From assembly GCA_040389905.1 (NCBI GenBank), contig JAZJZK010000023.1:160407-224406 (forward strand): 64,000 bases of DNA. The letters run 5' to 3'. Positions within the stretch are counted from its first letter, which is position 1; each line of letters begins with the position of its first letter. Made by a program: the position numbers and the translations under genes. Below, in pieces: positions 29,397 through 38,260 of this stretch. The DNA is from Gemmatimonadota bacterium. GTDB lineage: Bacteria > Gemmatimonadota > Gemmatimonadetes > Gemmatimonadales > Gemmatimonadaceae. The notes below the pieces were generated by a model. It was given only the letters and a program-made list of their open reading frames with translations, searched no databases and was not told where the DNA came from.

Positions 29397-30323
29397 CTAC
29401 TTCTTGTCGAGATAGCGCACCAACCCATCAACCGTCATGCGCGATGGCGTCGCCAGCTCATACGCCCGCGCGAGATCCGGATCGAGCACCTGGCTCGCGA
29501 TATCCGCGCTGGAGCGCACGTGTAAGTCCTCCGCCATGCGCTCTGGCGTCTCGCCGAGTTCCACGCGGCGTCGCACCCATGCCGTCCAATCGTCAAGCCG
29601 GTAGAGCAGCTCGTCGAGGTGCCGCTCCGCGTCGGTGAACCGCCCGAAGTGCGTGAGGTCGAGTGCGCGGGGCTTCAGTGCCTTCAAGCGGCTCACGCTC
29701 GCGTGCCATGCCTCGACGTCGATATCCGGCGGCGGAGTCGGCGGGCGAACGTACGATGCCCCCTCGAGTCGAACGCCTCCGACGTCACCGGTGAAAACCG
29801 ATCCGACATCGGGATCGTGAAACGCAATGTGGTGCGACGCGTGTCCCGGGGTGTGCAGCGCTACAAGCGTTCGGTCTCCGCATGTGACCTCGTCGCCGTC
29901 ATTGAGGATCGTCACCCGATCGGCCGGACATGGCTCGAATGCACCCCACAGTGCGTCCATTCGCTCGGCATAGATCCGCGTGGCGCTCCGCAGCAGCTTC
30001 GACGGATCGATCATGTGCGGCGCGCCGAGCGGATGAACGAAGAGCCGAGCGTCCGGGAGGCGCCGGAGCAGGGAACCCGCAGCGCCGGCGTGATCGAGGT
30101 GAATGTGGGTGACGAGCAACTGCGTGATCTCATCGAGTCGAGCGCCCGCGGCCAGCACGCCCTGCTCGAGTGCGTCGAGCGTGGAGCTCGGACCGGTCTC
30201 CACAAGAGTGTGTCCGTGAAGGCCCACGACGAGAAATGCCGCAACGGTCTGCGGCGAATCCTGGAAGTTCAGATCCAGGCGCCAGAGATCGGGCTCCAGC
30301 TGCTCAGCGGTGACGAGGTTCAT
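29397..30323 (-). CDS. MBL fold metallo-hydrolase
   Basis: THIHLDHAG, HTPGHASHH, FTGD, THFG; start MNLVTAEQ at 30323. Confidence 0.92.
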   Translation of the reverse strand: MNLVTAEQLEPDLWRLDLNFQDSPQTVAAFLVVGLHGHTLVETGPSSTLDALEQGVLAAGARLDEITQLLVTHIHLDHAGAAGSLLRRLPDARLFVHPLGAPHMIDPSKLLRSATRIYAERMDALWGAFEPCPADRVTILNDGDEVTCGDRTLVALHTPGHASHHIAFHDPDVGSVFTGDVGGVRLEGASYVRPPTPPPDIDVEAWHASVSRLKALKPRALDLTHFGRFTDAERHLDELLYRLDDWTAWVRRRVELGETPERMAEDLHVRSSADIASQVLDPDLARAYELATPSRMTVDGLVRYLDKK

Positions 30324-30381
30324 GCGCTCCTGTAGGTGTTTTTCCCTCTCGTGAAAGTATCCAGCGGCGTATCTTTCCGGG

Positions 30382-31122
30382 ATGGATCGCGCGGCACTCG
30401 AGTCCTCAGCAGATGGTTCCGTCGTCGAGGCGGTGGCGCTCTCGCGCTCGTTCGGCGGGCGTCGCGCCGTGGAGGATGTCAGCTTCTCATTGGCGGCGGG
30501 TGAGTGCCTCTCATTGTTCGGTCCAAATGGCGCCGGCAAGACGACATTGCTTCGCATTTTGGCCGGGCTGCTGCGCCCAACTGCGGGAAGATGCCACGTC
30601 GCTGGAATAGCGTTACGAGATGGGCCGTCCGGCCGCTCGCGCGTTGGACTGGTATCGCACGCGAGCATGCTCTATAGCGCACTCACGGCACGAGAGAACC
30701 TCGAGTTCACGGCACGACTGTATGGACTCGCCGATCCACCGGCCGCAGCGCGAAGCGCGTTGGAAGCAATGCGCGTACTCGATCGCGCGGAAACGCCGGT
30801 GCGCTCCCTCAGCCGAGGGCTTCAGCAACGCGTCTCGATTGCGCGCGCAATGGTGCATTCGCCGCAGCTGTTGCTCTGCGACGAGCCATATACGGGTCTC
30901 GACGAGGTCGGAAGTGTGGCGCTGACCGAAGCGCTCACGGTTCGCCGTGAGATGGGCGCGGCGCTTGTCGTCGTCACGCACAACCTGAACGAGGGCCTCG
31001 CGCTCGCGACGCACACGGCAATCATGCGCCGAGGACGATTCGTTCGGTACGAGTCCCGAGCGGACGTCGATGCGACGTCGTACGCGAGTGCGTATCGCGA
31101 ACTGGCGACGCTCGATGCGTGA
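30382..31122 (+). CDS. ccmA: heme ABC exporter ATP-binding protein
   Basis: GPNGAGKTT, LSRG, LCDEP; lies upstream of ccmB/ccmC. Confidence 0.88.
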   Translation: MDRAALESSADGSVVEAVALSRSFGGRRAVEDVSFSLAAGECLSLFGPNGAGKTTLLRILAGLLRPTAGRCHVAGIALRDGPSGRSRVGLVSHASMLYSALTARENLEFTARLYGLADPPAAARSALEAMRVLDRAETPVRSLSRGLQQRVSIARAMVHSPQLLLCDEPYTGLDEVGSVALTEALTVRREMGAALVVVTHNLNEGLALATHTAIMRRGRFVRYESRADVDATSYASAYRELATLDA

Positions 31123-31131
31123 GGTGGGCCA

Positions 31132-31164
31132 TGTCACCCCGAGCGACGTCGAGGGGTCTGCACC
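31132..31164. repeat. REP-like palindrome inside the ccm operon
   Basis: TGTCACCCCGAGCGACGTCGAGGGGTCTGCACC. Confidence 0.85.
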
Positions 31165-31183
31165 TTTCCCCCGCATCCCAGGA

Positions 31184-31855
31184 ATGCTCTCTGCAGCCTG
31201 GTTGATTGCCCGCAAAGACCTCGAGATCGAGTTCAGGACGCGTACCGCGTTCTTTTCGTCGCTTGTATTTGCGCTGCTTGGCATTACGACGTTCTACTTC
31301 GCTTGGGATCCCACCGCGGTCTCGGCGATCGACCTCGCGCCCGGCGTACTCTGGGTCATCTTCACGTTCAGTGGGTTGCTCGGTCTTCAACGATCGTTTG
31401 GCGTCGAACAGGCCGATCGTGCAATGGACGCACTGCTGGCCGCACCAGTCGACCGCGAGGCGATTTACCTCGGCAAGGCCCTTGCGAACCTGATCTTCGT
31501 TTCCGCGGTGCAGCTGATCGCGCTGCCGGCCGTCGCGCTGTTCTACAATGTCCCAATGGGGCGCGTCGCACTGCCACTGGCCGCGCTGGCGTTGCTCGCA
31601 GCGATCGGGCTCGTTGCGGTCGGAACGCTGTTCGCGAGCCTCGCCGTCAATACGCGTCTCGCCGAACTGCTCCTGCCGATGTTGAGCCTGCCCTTCTTTC
31701 TGCCGATCGTCATGTCGGCGGCGGGGACAACATCGCGATTGCTCGCGGGGCGTCCCGCGTCCGAGGCATGGCCGTGGCTTCGCATTCTCATCGGCTTCGA
31801 CATCGTGTTCGTTGTCGCCTGCACGCTCGTGTTTCCATATACACTCGAAGAATGA
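31184..31855 (+). CDS. ccmB: heme exporter protein B
   Basis: ARKDLEIEFRTR, PGVLWV, LGKALAN, ELLLPMLSLP. Confidence 0.9.
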   Translation: MLSAAWLIARKDLEIEFRTRTAFFSSLVFALLGITTFYFAWDPTAVSAIDLAPGVLWVIFTFSGLLGLQRSFGVEQADRAMDALLAAPVDREAIYLGKALANLIFVSAVQLIALPAVALFYNVPMGRVALPLAALALLAAIGLVAVGTLFASLAVNTRLAELLLPMLSLPFFLPIVMSAAGTTSRLLAGRPASEAWPWLRILIGFDIVFVVACTLVFPYTLEE

Positions 31856-32556
31856 CTACTCAGACCGAACACGCCGATACCCGACCAGAGGGCCGCGACT
31901 GGCTGCTGCTCGCCGGATTCGTCGCCGTCGCTGCCACGTATGTTCGGGCGCTGATGTTCACGCCACCAGAAGCCATTCAGGGGCCTGCGCAGCGCATTCT
32001 CTATGTGCACGCCGCCTCGGCGTTCGTTGCGTTGTATCTCGCGTTCGCTCTGATGTCGTTGACGAGCGCGCTCTACTTGTGGCTCAAGGACGAGAAGCTC
32101 GATCGCGTCGCTGAGAGCGCGGCGGAGGTCGGCCTCGCGTACACGACCGTCGTGCTGATTACCGGGCCGCTCTGGGGCAAGCCGATCTGGGGTGCGTGGT
32201 GGGCGTGGGATGCGCGGCTGACGCTCACGCTCTTTCTGTGGTTCCTCATCGTCGGCTATCTCATCCTTCGCGGTGCGATCGAAGAACGCGGGATGCGCGC
32301 GCGCTATTCCGCGGTCGTCGCGCTGCTGGCAGGCCTGCTGGTGCCGTTCATTCATCTCAGCGTCTACCTGTTTCGCACGATGCACCCGATGCCGATTCTG
32401 CTGAAGCCGAGCGCGCCGTCGATGCCGGGAGAGATGCAGGTGACGTTCTTCATGAGCTTCGTGAGCTTTTCGCTGTTGTTCGCCGGACTGCTCCGCGCGC
32501 GGTATCGGTTAGCCACGCTTCGAGATCTCATCGACGCACAAGAGGAGGCCCGCTGA
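31852..32556 (+). CDS. ccmC: heme exporter protein C (cytochrome c assembly)
   Basis: RILYVH, tryptophan-rich GPLWGKPIWGAWWAWDARLT, TMHP. Confidence 0.93.
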   Translation: MTTQTEHADTRPEGRDWLLLAGFVAVAATYVRALMFTPPEAIQGPAQRILYVHAASAFVALYLAFALMSLTSALYLWLKDEKLDRVAESAAEVGLAYTTVVLITGPLWGKPIWGAWWAWDARLTLTLFLWFLIVGYLILRGAIEERGMRARYSAVVALLAGLLVPFIHLSVYLFRTMHPMPILLKPSAPSMPGEMQVTFFMSFVSFSLLFAGLLRARYRLATLRDLIDAQEEAR

Positions 32557-32699
32557 TGCCGGACAATGGCATTTACGCGACGATCACGTATGTCGCCGCT
32601 GCGGTTGTGTATACCGCCTATATGATCACGATACGCGTGCGGACGAAGCGGCTCGAGGAGCGTTTACGCGAGAATGAGGTGCGCGACGGACAGGGATAG
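32556..32699 (+). CDS. ccmD: small single-TM protein, CcmD-like (47 aa)
   Basis: MPDNGIYATITYVAAAVVYTAYMITIRVRTKRLEERL; TGATG coupling to ccmC with GAGGAGG upstream. Confidence 0.65.
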   Translation: MPDNGIYATITYVAAAVVYTAYMITIRVRTKRLEERLRENEVRDGQG

Positions 32700-32704
32700 A
32701 CGGA

Positions 32705-32745
32705 GGTGCAGGCCCTTCGCTACGCTCAGGGCGACAAAACGAGCG
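32705..32745. repeat. REP-like hairpin flanked by GGACAGGG / TGTCCC motifs
   Basis: GGTGCAGGCCCTTCGCTACGCTCAGGGCGACAAAACGAGCG. Confidence 0.9.
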
Positions 32746-32787
32746 TTTCCGCACGACTTCCTGTCGTTTGTCCCTTGTCCCCTGTCA

Positions 32788-33249
32788 GTGTCCATTCACG
32801 TCGTCCTCGTTCATCCTGAGATCCATTGGAACACTGGTAACGCCGGCCGATCGTGCCTGGCGGCCGGAGCGACGCTGCATCTCATCAAGCCGCTCGGATT
32901 CTCGCTCGACGAGCGCGAAGTCAAACGCGCGGGACTCGACTATTGGGAGCATGTGGACCTTTGCGTGTGGGAGAGTTGGGCCGAGTTCGAGAACGAGATG
33001 CCGCGCCTCGGAGAGCCGTGGTTCTTCTCGACCAAAGGCACGCGCGTGTTGTGGGACGTTCCACTCGGCGGGTCGGACGTGGTGCTTGTGTTCGGTCGCG
33101 AAACCGGAGGGCTGCCGAAGAGTCTGTACGAGCGCTACGCTGATCGTCTCGTCGCGATGCCCATTCTCTCGCCGCATGTTCGGTCGCTCAACCTGTCGAC
33201 GTCGGTCGGCATTGCGTTGTACGAGACCTTACGCCAGCAAAGGACTTGA
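32788..33249 (+). CDS. trmL: tRNA (cytidine(34)-2'-O)-methyltransferase, SpoU family
   Basis: VVLVHPEIHWNTGN, KRAGLDYW, FGRETGGLP, RSLNLS; GTG start at 32788. Confidence 0.93.
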   Translation: MSIHVVLVHPEIHWNTGNAGRSCLAAGATLHLIKPLGFSLDEREVKRAGLDYWEHVDLCVWESWAEFENEMPRLGEPWFFSTKGTRVLWDVPLGGSDVVLVFGRETGGLPKSLYERYADRLVAMPILSPHVRSLNLSTSVGIALYETLRQQRT

Positions 33250-33812
33250 TGCTTTCCTTCGCCGCATGGTTGGCGCTCGTGGTGGGTGGTGCCAACGTCG
33301 TCGGGATGTCATTGCCTGACGGCGCTAAGGGGCGCGCATCTGTTGACGCAACGTTTGGTGCTGGCCAACACTCTTCTGACGGCCATTTCTACCTTAAGGA
33401 TGCGGTGAACACCGTGGACGTCACCGTGGCTTGGCACACGGGCGCGACCGCGCTCGTTTCGCCGGCCTTTGCCCTAACGGTTGGAGACCAGGGTCATAAC
33501 GGCGGTCAGGATTCCATCTGCCGCACCAATCCCGAGGGCGGGTGCCTGGACTACTTCCCCCACTGGATACACTATGCACTCGTCGGTGGCATAGATGTTC
33601 GCGAGAGCGGTGGATCTCTTCGCCTGATGGCGGGGCCGGCGCTGTTCGCAGGTAACAGGAGCTTTGCATTCGGAGGGCAGGCGCAACTGGATGCTGCGTC
33701 GCCGCCGGTGTCACATATGGCGCTCCAGATTTCCGTGCGCGGGAGTGCGGTCGCGCGAGGGCGAGAGAGCTTCCGGCTCGGTTCACTCGACGTCGGGATT
33801 CGGATACAATAG
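33249..33812 (+). CDS. hypothetical exported beta-rich protein
   Basis: N-terminal hydrophobic segment, Cys pair ICRTNPEGGC, beta-strand-like end DVGIRIQ. Confidence 0.75.
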   Translation: MLSFAAWLALVVGGANVVGMSLPDGAKGRASVDATFGAGQHSSDGHFYLKDAVNTVDVTVAWHTGATALVSPAFALTVGDQGHNGGQDSICRTNPEGGCLDYFPHWIHYALVGGIDVRESGGSLRLMAGPALFAGNRSFAFGGQAQLDAASPPVSHMALQISVRGSAVARGRESFRLGSLDVGIRIQ

Positions 33813-33836
33813 CACGCTCACGTTAGTGGAGGACCA

Positions 33837-34320
33837 ATGCTTCCATTCGGTGCGTGGCTTGTTCTCGTTCTGGGTGGCGTTACCGTCGTTGTTCCTGCCA
33901 TATCGGACGTCTCCGGGGGGCGTCTCTCCGTCGATGTAGCGCTTGGAGATGGGAGGCACACCGGCGGCGGCGGCTTCTACCGCGACGATCCGCACTTGTC
34001 CACGGACGCTACGATTGCGTGGCGGGTCAATGCATCGCGCGGGTTCGCGCCGGCCGCCAGCGTGACCGTCGGTTGGCAAGGGTACTCGCCGGGCACGAAT
34101 GTTGTCTGCCATCCGAGTCCCGTCGGAGGCTGCCTGGATCATTTCCCGGACTATGCCCACGTCGCGGTAGTCGCGGGCGGAGATCTCCGCGGGCGAGCTG
34201 GCGACTCCCACGGCGTTCCACGTCGCCCTCGAGCTTTCTGCGCGGGGAAGCGCGGTCGCACGTGGTCGTCGTGAGAGCTTCCAACTCAGTTCACTCGGCG
34301 TGGGGCTGCGTATTCAGTGA
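33837..34320 (+). pseudogene. frameshifted, internally deleted paralog of 33249-33812
   Basis: N-terminal part (VCHPSPVGGCLDHFP) is in one frame; the C-terminal ATPTAFHVALELSARGSAVARGRRESFQLSSLGVGLRIQ* is in another frame from about 34200. Confidence 0.85.
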
Positions 34321-34489
34321 TGAGTGGAGGCGACCGGAGCGTAATCGCCCGACTGTCGCAACGCGCGTTAGGTAGGTAGCGGTGCAGCTCCCGTCGAGCT
34401 GCCCCTGCGTAAGACGAGGCGTCGCGGGAAAACATGCATTGCATTCGGGTCGAGGCTGAGCCGCATGCGCTAGCCAGGGTGTTTCAGCC

Positions 34490-34644
34490 GGACGGCAGCG
34501 TCTGCTCGAACGCGAGCGCGGCAAGTGTGGCCACTGGCACACTGTCATTGTAGGGGCGTGGTCGATGTACTTGGGAGAAAGGCAGAGTCCGCCCCTTTCT
34601 TTCGCAAGGGACCGCATGTTCTCGAGCGTATCCTTGCGCGACAT
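34490..34644 (-). pseudogene. relic of a zinc-ribbon repeat protein (AKERGGxCLS type)
   Basis: MSRKDTLENMRSLAKERGGLCLSPKYID, then after a frameshift PLQ*QCASGHTCRA, matching the xLxWxCxxGHxW pattern. Confidence 0.65.
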
Positions 34645-34791
34645 GGCGCCGAGTCGAGGTTGTCGGCGATCACTATACCCTTGCCGTCGCGGTACACCTG
34701 CTCGGTGAGTTCGACTTGGGCGAGTCTATCGTCGAGTTGTCTGGCGCCGATAGAAGTGAAGGCCGCGCATGTACGACTTCGCGCTCCCAAG

Positions 34792-34989
34792 TGCCGCGGT
34801 CCAGTGAACAACCTGCCGCAGTCCAGTGAACAATATGCCGCGGTCCAGTGAACAACATCTCGCGGTCCAGTGAACCCCATGCCGCAGTCCAGTGAACACC
34901 ATGCCGCGGTCCAGTGAACAACATCTCCCGGTCCAGTGAACACGATGCGGCAGTCCAGTGAACAACATCTCGCGGTCAAGTGCACACCA
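34792..34989. repeat. tandem array of nine 22-bp units with core GTCCAGTGAAC
   Basis: units start at 34792, 34814, 34836, 34858, 34880, 34902, 34924, 34946 and 34968; degenerate 10th unit at 34990-35011. Confidence 0.97.
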
Positions 34990-35340
34990 TATCACTTGCC
35001 GGTGAACAGGCCTTGGAGGCGCACATAGCCCAGGTTAGCCGGCGGGTTAGTCACCCTCCGCGACGTGGTGCGTGGGTTCCCTACCGTCCCGCTAATGTCG
35101 CCGCGTCGGCATCGCCTCCATGTCGGCCGATGGGACTATCGTGGCCGTTACGTGGTGAGCCACTCATTCCCTTGACCACGCAACATTCACCCGCGGTACA
35201 GTGTGAGTGCAGAGCGGTAACGCTCGTCAAGTGCGTCCGCTCACCGCGAACGCTGGCCTCCAATCGTTTTCTGTATGCTTGAACCTTACCCCGGCGCTGA
35301 ATAACGGAAGTCGCGCGCCTCCGCTGGACTCGTATTGGTG

Positions 35341-36237
35341 TCAGCGTGCCGATTGCGAGGCGATTGCGAATCGCGTCAACGGACTCGCCATACGCTCGAC
35401 CGGTCGGTCGCCAACCAACGCAACGGGGCAATTGCGGATCGATCCCGCCTTGACGATGCTGAGGCGGTGCTCCGCCTCGGCCGCCCGCAGCGCGCTGAGA
35501 TTGCGAATGGTGTTCGCGGCATAGGCCGCATCGACGCTGACGCGATGCACGTCCCACAGGTCGAGCGACGGCGTCGCACCATCTGGCACGACGTCCACCA
35601 CATTTCGCTGGCCCTCCACGCTGGCGGGCTCGGCGTTTGAAGCTGCAGGCCTGAAAAAAGGGAAGATCGGTGCGGGCGTGAGCGCGCCGACGCCGAAGTC
35701 GAAGTAGGCGACCGCAGTGCCATCGAACCAACCGTGCTGCGTGCCAGCCTTTTCCTTGCCCTCGAGCCACGATCCGCGCGGGACGATTGGGAGATTGAGC
35801 GTCGCGCCTGCATCGCGCAGCACAGCGCGCTTCTGTGCAACGAGTCGCGTGATCTGATCGACCGATCGAAGCTCGTTTGGATGAACGTGGTCGGCGACGA
35901 TGACATAGTGCAGCCGCCACATACTCGTGTACCCATCCAACTCCGGCACCGTGGAGAACACTGGTGCCTGGGCGCGGAGCGGCACCGGATCGCCGCCCGG
36001 CGCGAATCCGTGGATCGGCCAGTACACGTCGGCCACACCCTGCGCGACGGGGCCGAAGTCGTAATACCGTATGGCCGTGTCGCGAAACCAGCCGGGACGG
36101 TAGTCGAACTGCTGCGCGAACCGGGGGCCGAGGTCGGCGAGTGCGGAGGCGACGCGTTCGCGGTCGGTCGCCTGTGCATGCGCGGTCGCGGCGAGCGACA
36201 GCACTACGAGGCATCCCATCACGCGCGAACGGATCAT
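35341..36237 (-). CDS. hypothetical secreted protein with two homologous internal domains
   Basis: signal peptide ending AHAQA; repeats GWFRDTAIRYYDFG...NLPIV and GWFDGTAVAYFDFG...NCPVA. Confidence 0.8.
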   Translation of the reverse strand: MIRSRVMGCLVVLSLAATAHAQATDRERVASALADLGPRFAQQFDYRPGWFRDTAIRYYDFGPVAQGVADVYWPIHGFAPGGDPVPLRAQAPVFSTVPELDGYTSMWRLHYVIVADHVHPNELRSVDQITRLVAQKRAVLRDAGATLNLPIVPRGSWLEGKEKAGTQHGWFDGTAVAYFDFGVGALTPAPIFPFFRPAASNAEPASVEGQRNVVDVVPDGATPSLDLWDVHRVSVDAAYAANTIRNLSALRAAEAEHRLSIVKAGSIRNCPVALVGDRPVERMASPLTRFAIASQSAR

Positions 36238-36262
36238 CTGAGCACCCTCGGCTGAACGCCGC

Positions 36263-36289
36263 TGTCACCCCGAGCGAAGGCGAGGGGTC
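36263..36289. repeat. REP-like palindrome
   Basis: TGTCACCCCGAGCGAAGGCGAGGGGTC. Confidence 0.85.
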
Positions 36290-36450
36290 AATTGGACTAC
36301 TGGATCGGCGGCCAGACGTCAACTGGTCGTCAATCCTGGACCGGCACCACCCTTCGAGAGGTAACCGGTGTCAAATTACAGCGGCCGGCGGACGCTCGCC
36401 GGGCCACCCATTTCTCGCTGTCGACCCCCACCGGCAATTCTTTCCCGAAC

Positions 36451-38217
36451 ATGACTGACCCCAATCGCACATCGCGCCTCGGCCGCAGCGCAATCCTGCT
36501 GCTCGCCGTGGCAATGTTGTCTGCCACCGCCGGCGCGCAAGAGCCTGCGCGTTCCGTTCAACTGAAGGCCCCCACTGGGAAGAGCACGAAGGGGCCACTC
36601 CCCCTCAAGTACGTGGGTCCGAAAACGGTTCCCGCCATCACGGCCGGCGACCTGATGACGCGTCTCTACAAGTTCGCGGATGATTCCATGATGGGCCGCG
36701 CCGCCGGTACGCCATGGAACGACATCGGCACCGCGTACATCGCGTCCGAGTTCAAGCGACTCGGCCTCAAGCCGGCGGGGGATAGCGGTACCTATTTCCA
36801 GCATCCGCTCGTCCGTCGCGAAATCGCCGAGGGTTCGGTTCGTATCGGCGACCGCGTGCTCGAAGCGTGGAAGGATTTTGCCCCGCGCGATCAGGGCTCC
36901 GGCGCGAAGGAGTTCGATGGTGCACTCACCATTTTCGGCGGCGTTGTCGGTGATACGAGTACCTACCTGCCGGCGGATGCGGTTGCGGGCAAGGTCGTGG
37001 TGCTCCGCCTGCCCGAGGTGATGAAGAACAACCCGAACGCCCTGAACATCAACCGCGTCGCCGTGTCGCGTCGCTACAGTCCAGCCTCGGCGATCGTCGT
37101 CGCGCTGCCGGTTGGCATGAACCCGGCCACGCTGCGCACCGGTGGGGTCACGATGAAGACGGAAGACGTCGCGGCACCGACGCCATCGTGGGCCTACTTC
37201 ACGCCAGCCGACATCAACGCGCTCCTTGGCGCGAATGCCGATTCCGTCCAGGCCGGTTTTACCGGCTTGGCGCTCCGAGGAAAGATCAAATTCGTCAGCA
37301 ACCCAGCGCCGGGCCGCAACGTCGTCGCCATCCTGCCGGGATCTGATCCCAAGCTCAAGGGGGAGTTCGTCGCGATCGGTGCACACAACGATCACGTCGG
37401 CTTCAACAACCGGCCTGTCGATCACGATTCGGTAAAGGCCGTGATGATGCACGCGGCACCGCAGGGTGCGGACAGCCCGCCCGCGAGGCCTACAGAACAG
37501 CAATGGGCGGCCATTCGGGTCACCATCGATTCGCTTCGCAAGCTGCATCCGTCACGCGTCGATTCCATCTACAATGGCGCGGATGACGACGGTTCGGGTT
37601 CGATGACGCTCGTTGAAATTGCCGAGGCGCTCGCGGGGCAGAAGGTTGCGCCGAAACGGTCGATTCTGTTCGTGTCACACGTGGCTGAGGAACTCGGGTT
37701 GTTCGGGGCGCGCTTCTTCAACGATCATCCGACCGTCGCGCGCGATTCGGTCGTGGCGCAGTTGAACATCGACATGGTCGGCCGGGGTGGCGCGAACGAC
37801 GTAACGGGTGAGGGGCTCAGCGGCGACCTGCTCAAGGGTGGGCCTGGCTACCTCCAGCTCATCGGTAGCCGTCGTCTCTCGACCGAGCTCGGTGACCTCG
37901 TCGAGTCCGTGAACAAGACGAAGAAGCTTGGCATCAACTTCGACTATGCGCTCGACGCGAACGGCCATCCGCAGAACATCTATTGCCGCAGCGATCACTA
38001 CGAGTATGCGCGGAACGGCATCCCGATCACCTTCTTCACGACGGGCGGTCACGCCGACTACCATCAGGTGACGGATGAGCCGCAGTACATCAACTATGAC
38101 GGGATGGCGAAGATTGCGACGTTGATCTACGAGACGGCGAAAACCGTCGCCGGGCTCGATCATCGCGTGGTCGTCGACAAGCCGAAGCCAGATCCGAACG
38201 GGACGTGTAAGCAGTAG
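36451..38217 (+). CDS. M28 family peptidase, secreted
   Basis: signal peptide; GAHNDHVG, NGADDDGSG, AEELGLFG, NIDM, RSDH, HADYH. Confidence 0.92.
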   Translation: MTDPNRTSRLGRSAILLLAVAMLSATAGAQEPARSVQLKAPTGKSTKGPLPLKYVGPKTVPAITAGDLMTRLYKFADDSMMGRAAGTPWNDIGTAYIASEFKRLGLKPAGDSGTYFQHPLVRREIAEGSVRIGDRVLEAWKDFAPRDQGSGAKEFDGALTIFGGVVGDTSTYLPADAVAGKVVVLRLPEVMKNNPNALNINRVAVSRRYSPASAIVVALPVGMNPATLRTGGVTMKTEDVAAPTPSWAYFTPADINALLGANADSVQAGFTGLALRGKIKFVSNPAPGRNVVAILPGSDPKLKGEFVAIGAHNDHVGFNNRPVDHDSVKAVMMHAAPQGADSPPARPTEQQWAAIRVTIDSLRKLHPSRVDSIYNGADDDGSGSMTLVEIAEALAGQKVAPKRSILFVSHVAEELGLFGARFFNDHPTVARDSVVAQLNIDMVGRGGANDVTGEGLSGDLLKGGPGYLQLIGSRRLSTELGDLVESVNKTKKLGINFDYALDANGHPQNIYCRSDHYEYARNGIPITFFTTGGHADYHQVTDEPQYINYDGMAKIATLIYETAKTVAGLDHRVVVDKPKPDPNGTCKQ

Positions 38218-38260
38218 GGAACCAGCCGGCTACTTCTGCGCCGCCCGCCCCTGACCGAGC

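Noticed and set aside
34792..34989. CRISPR array interpretation of the 22-bp repeats
   Set aside because: The constant part is only 11 bp, the variable parts are 11 bp and clearly related to each other, and there are no cas genes in the window
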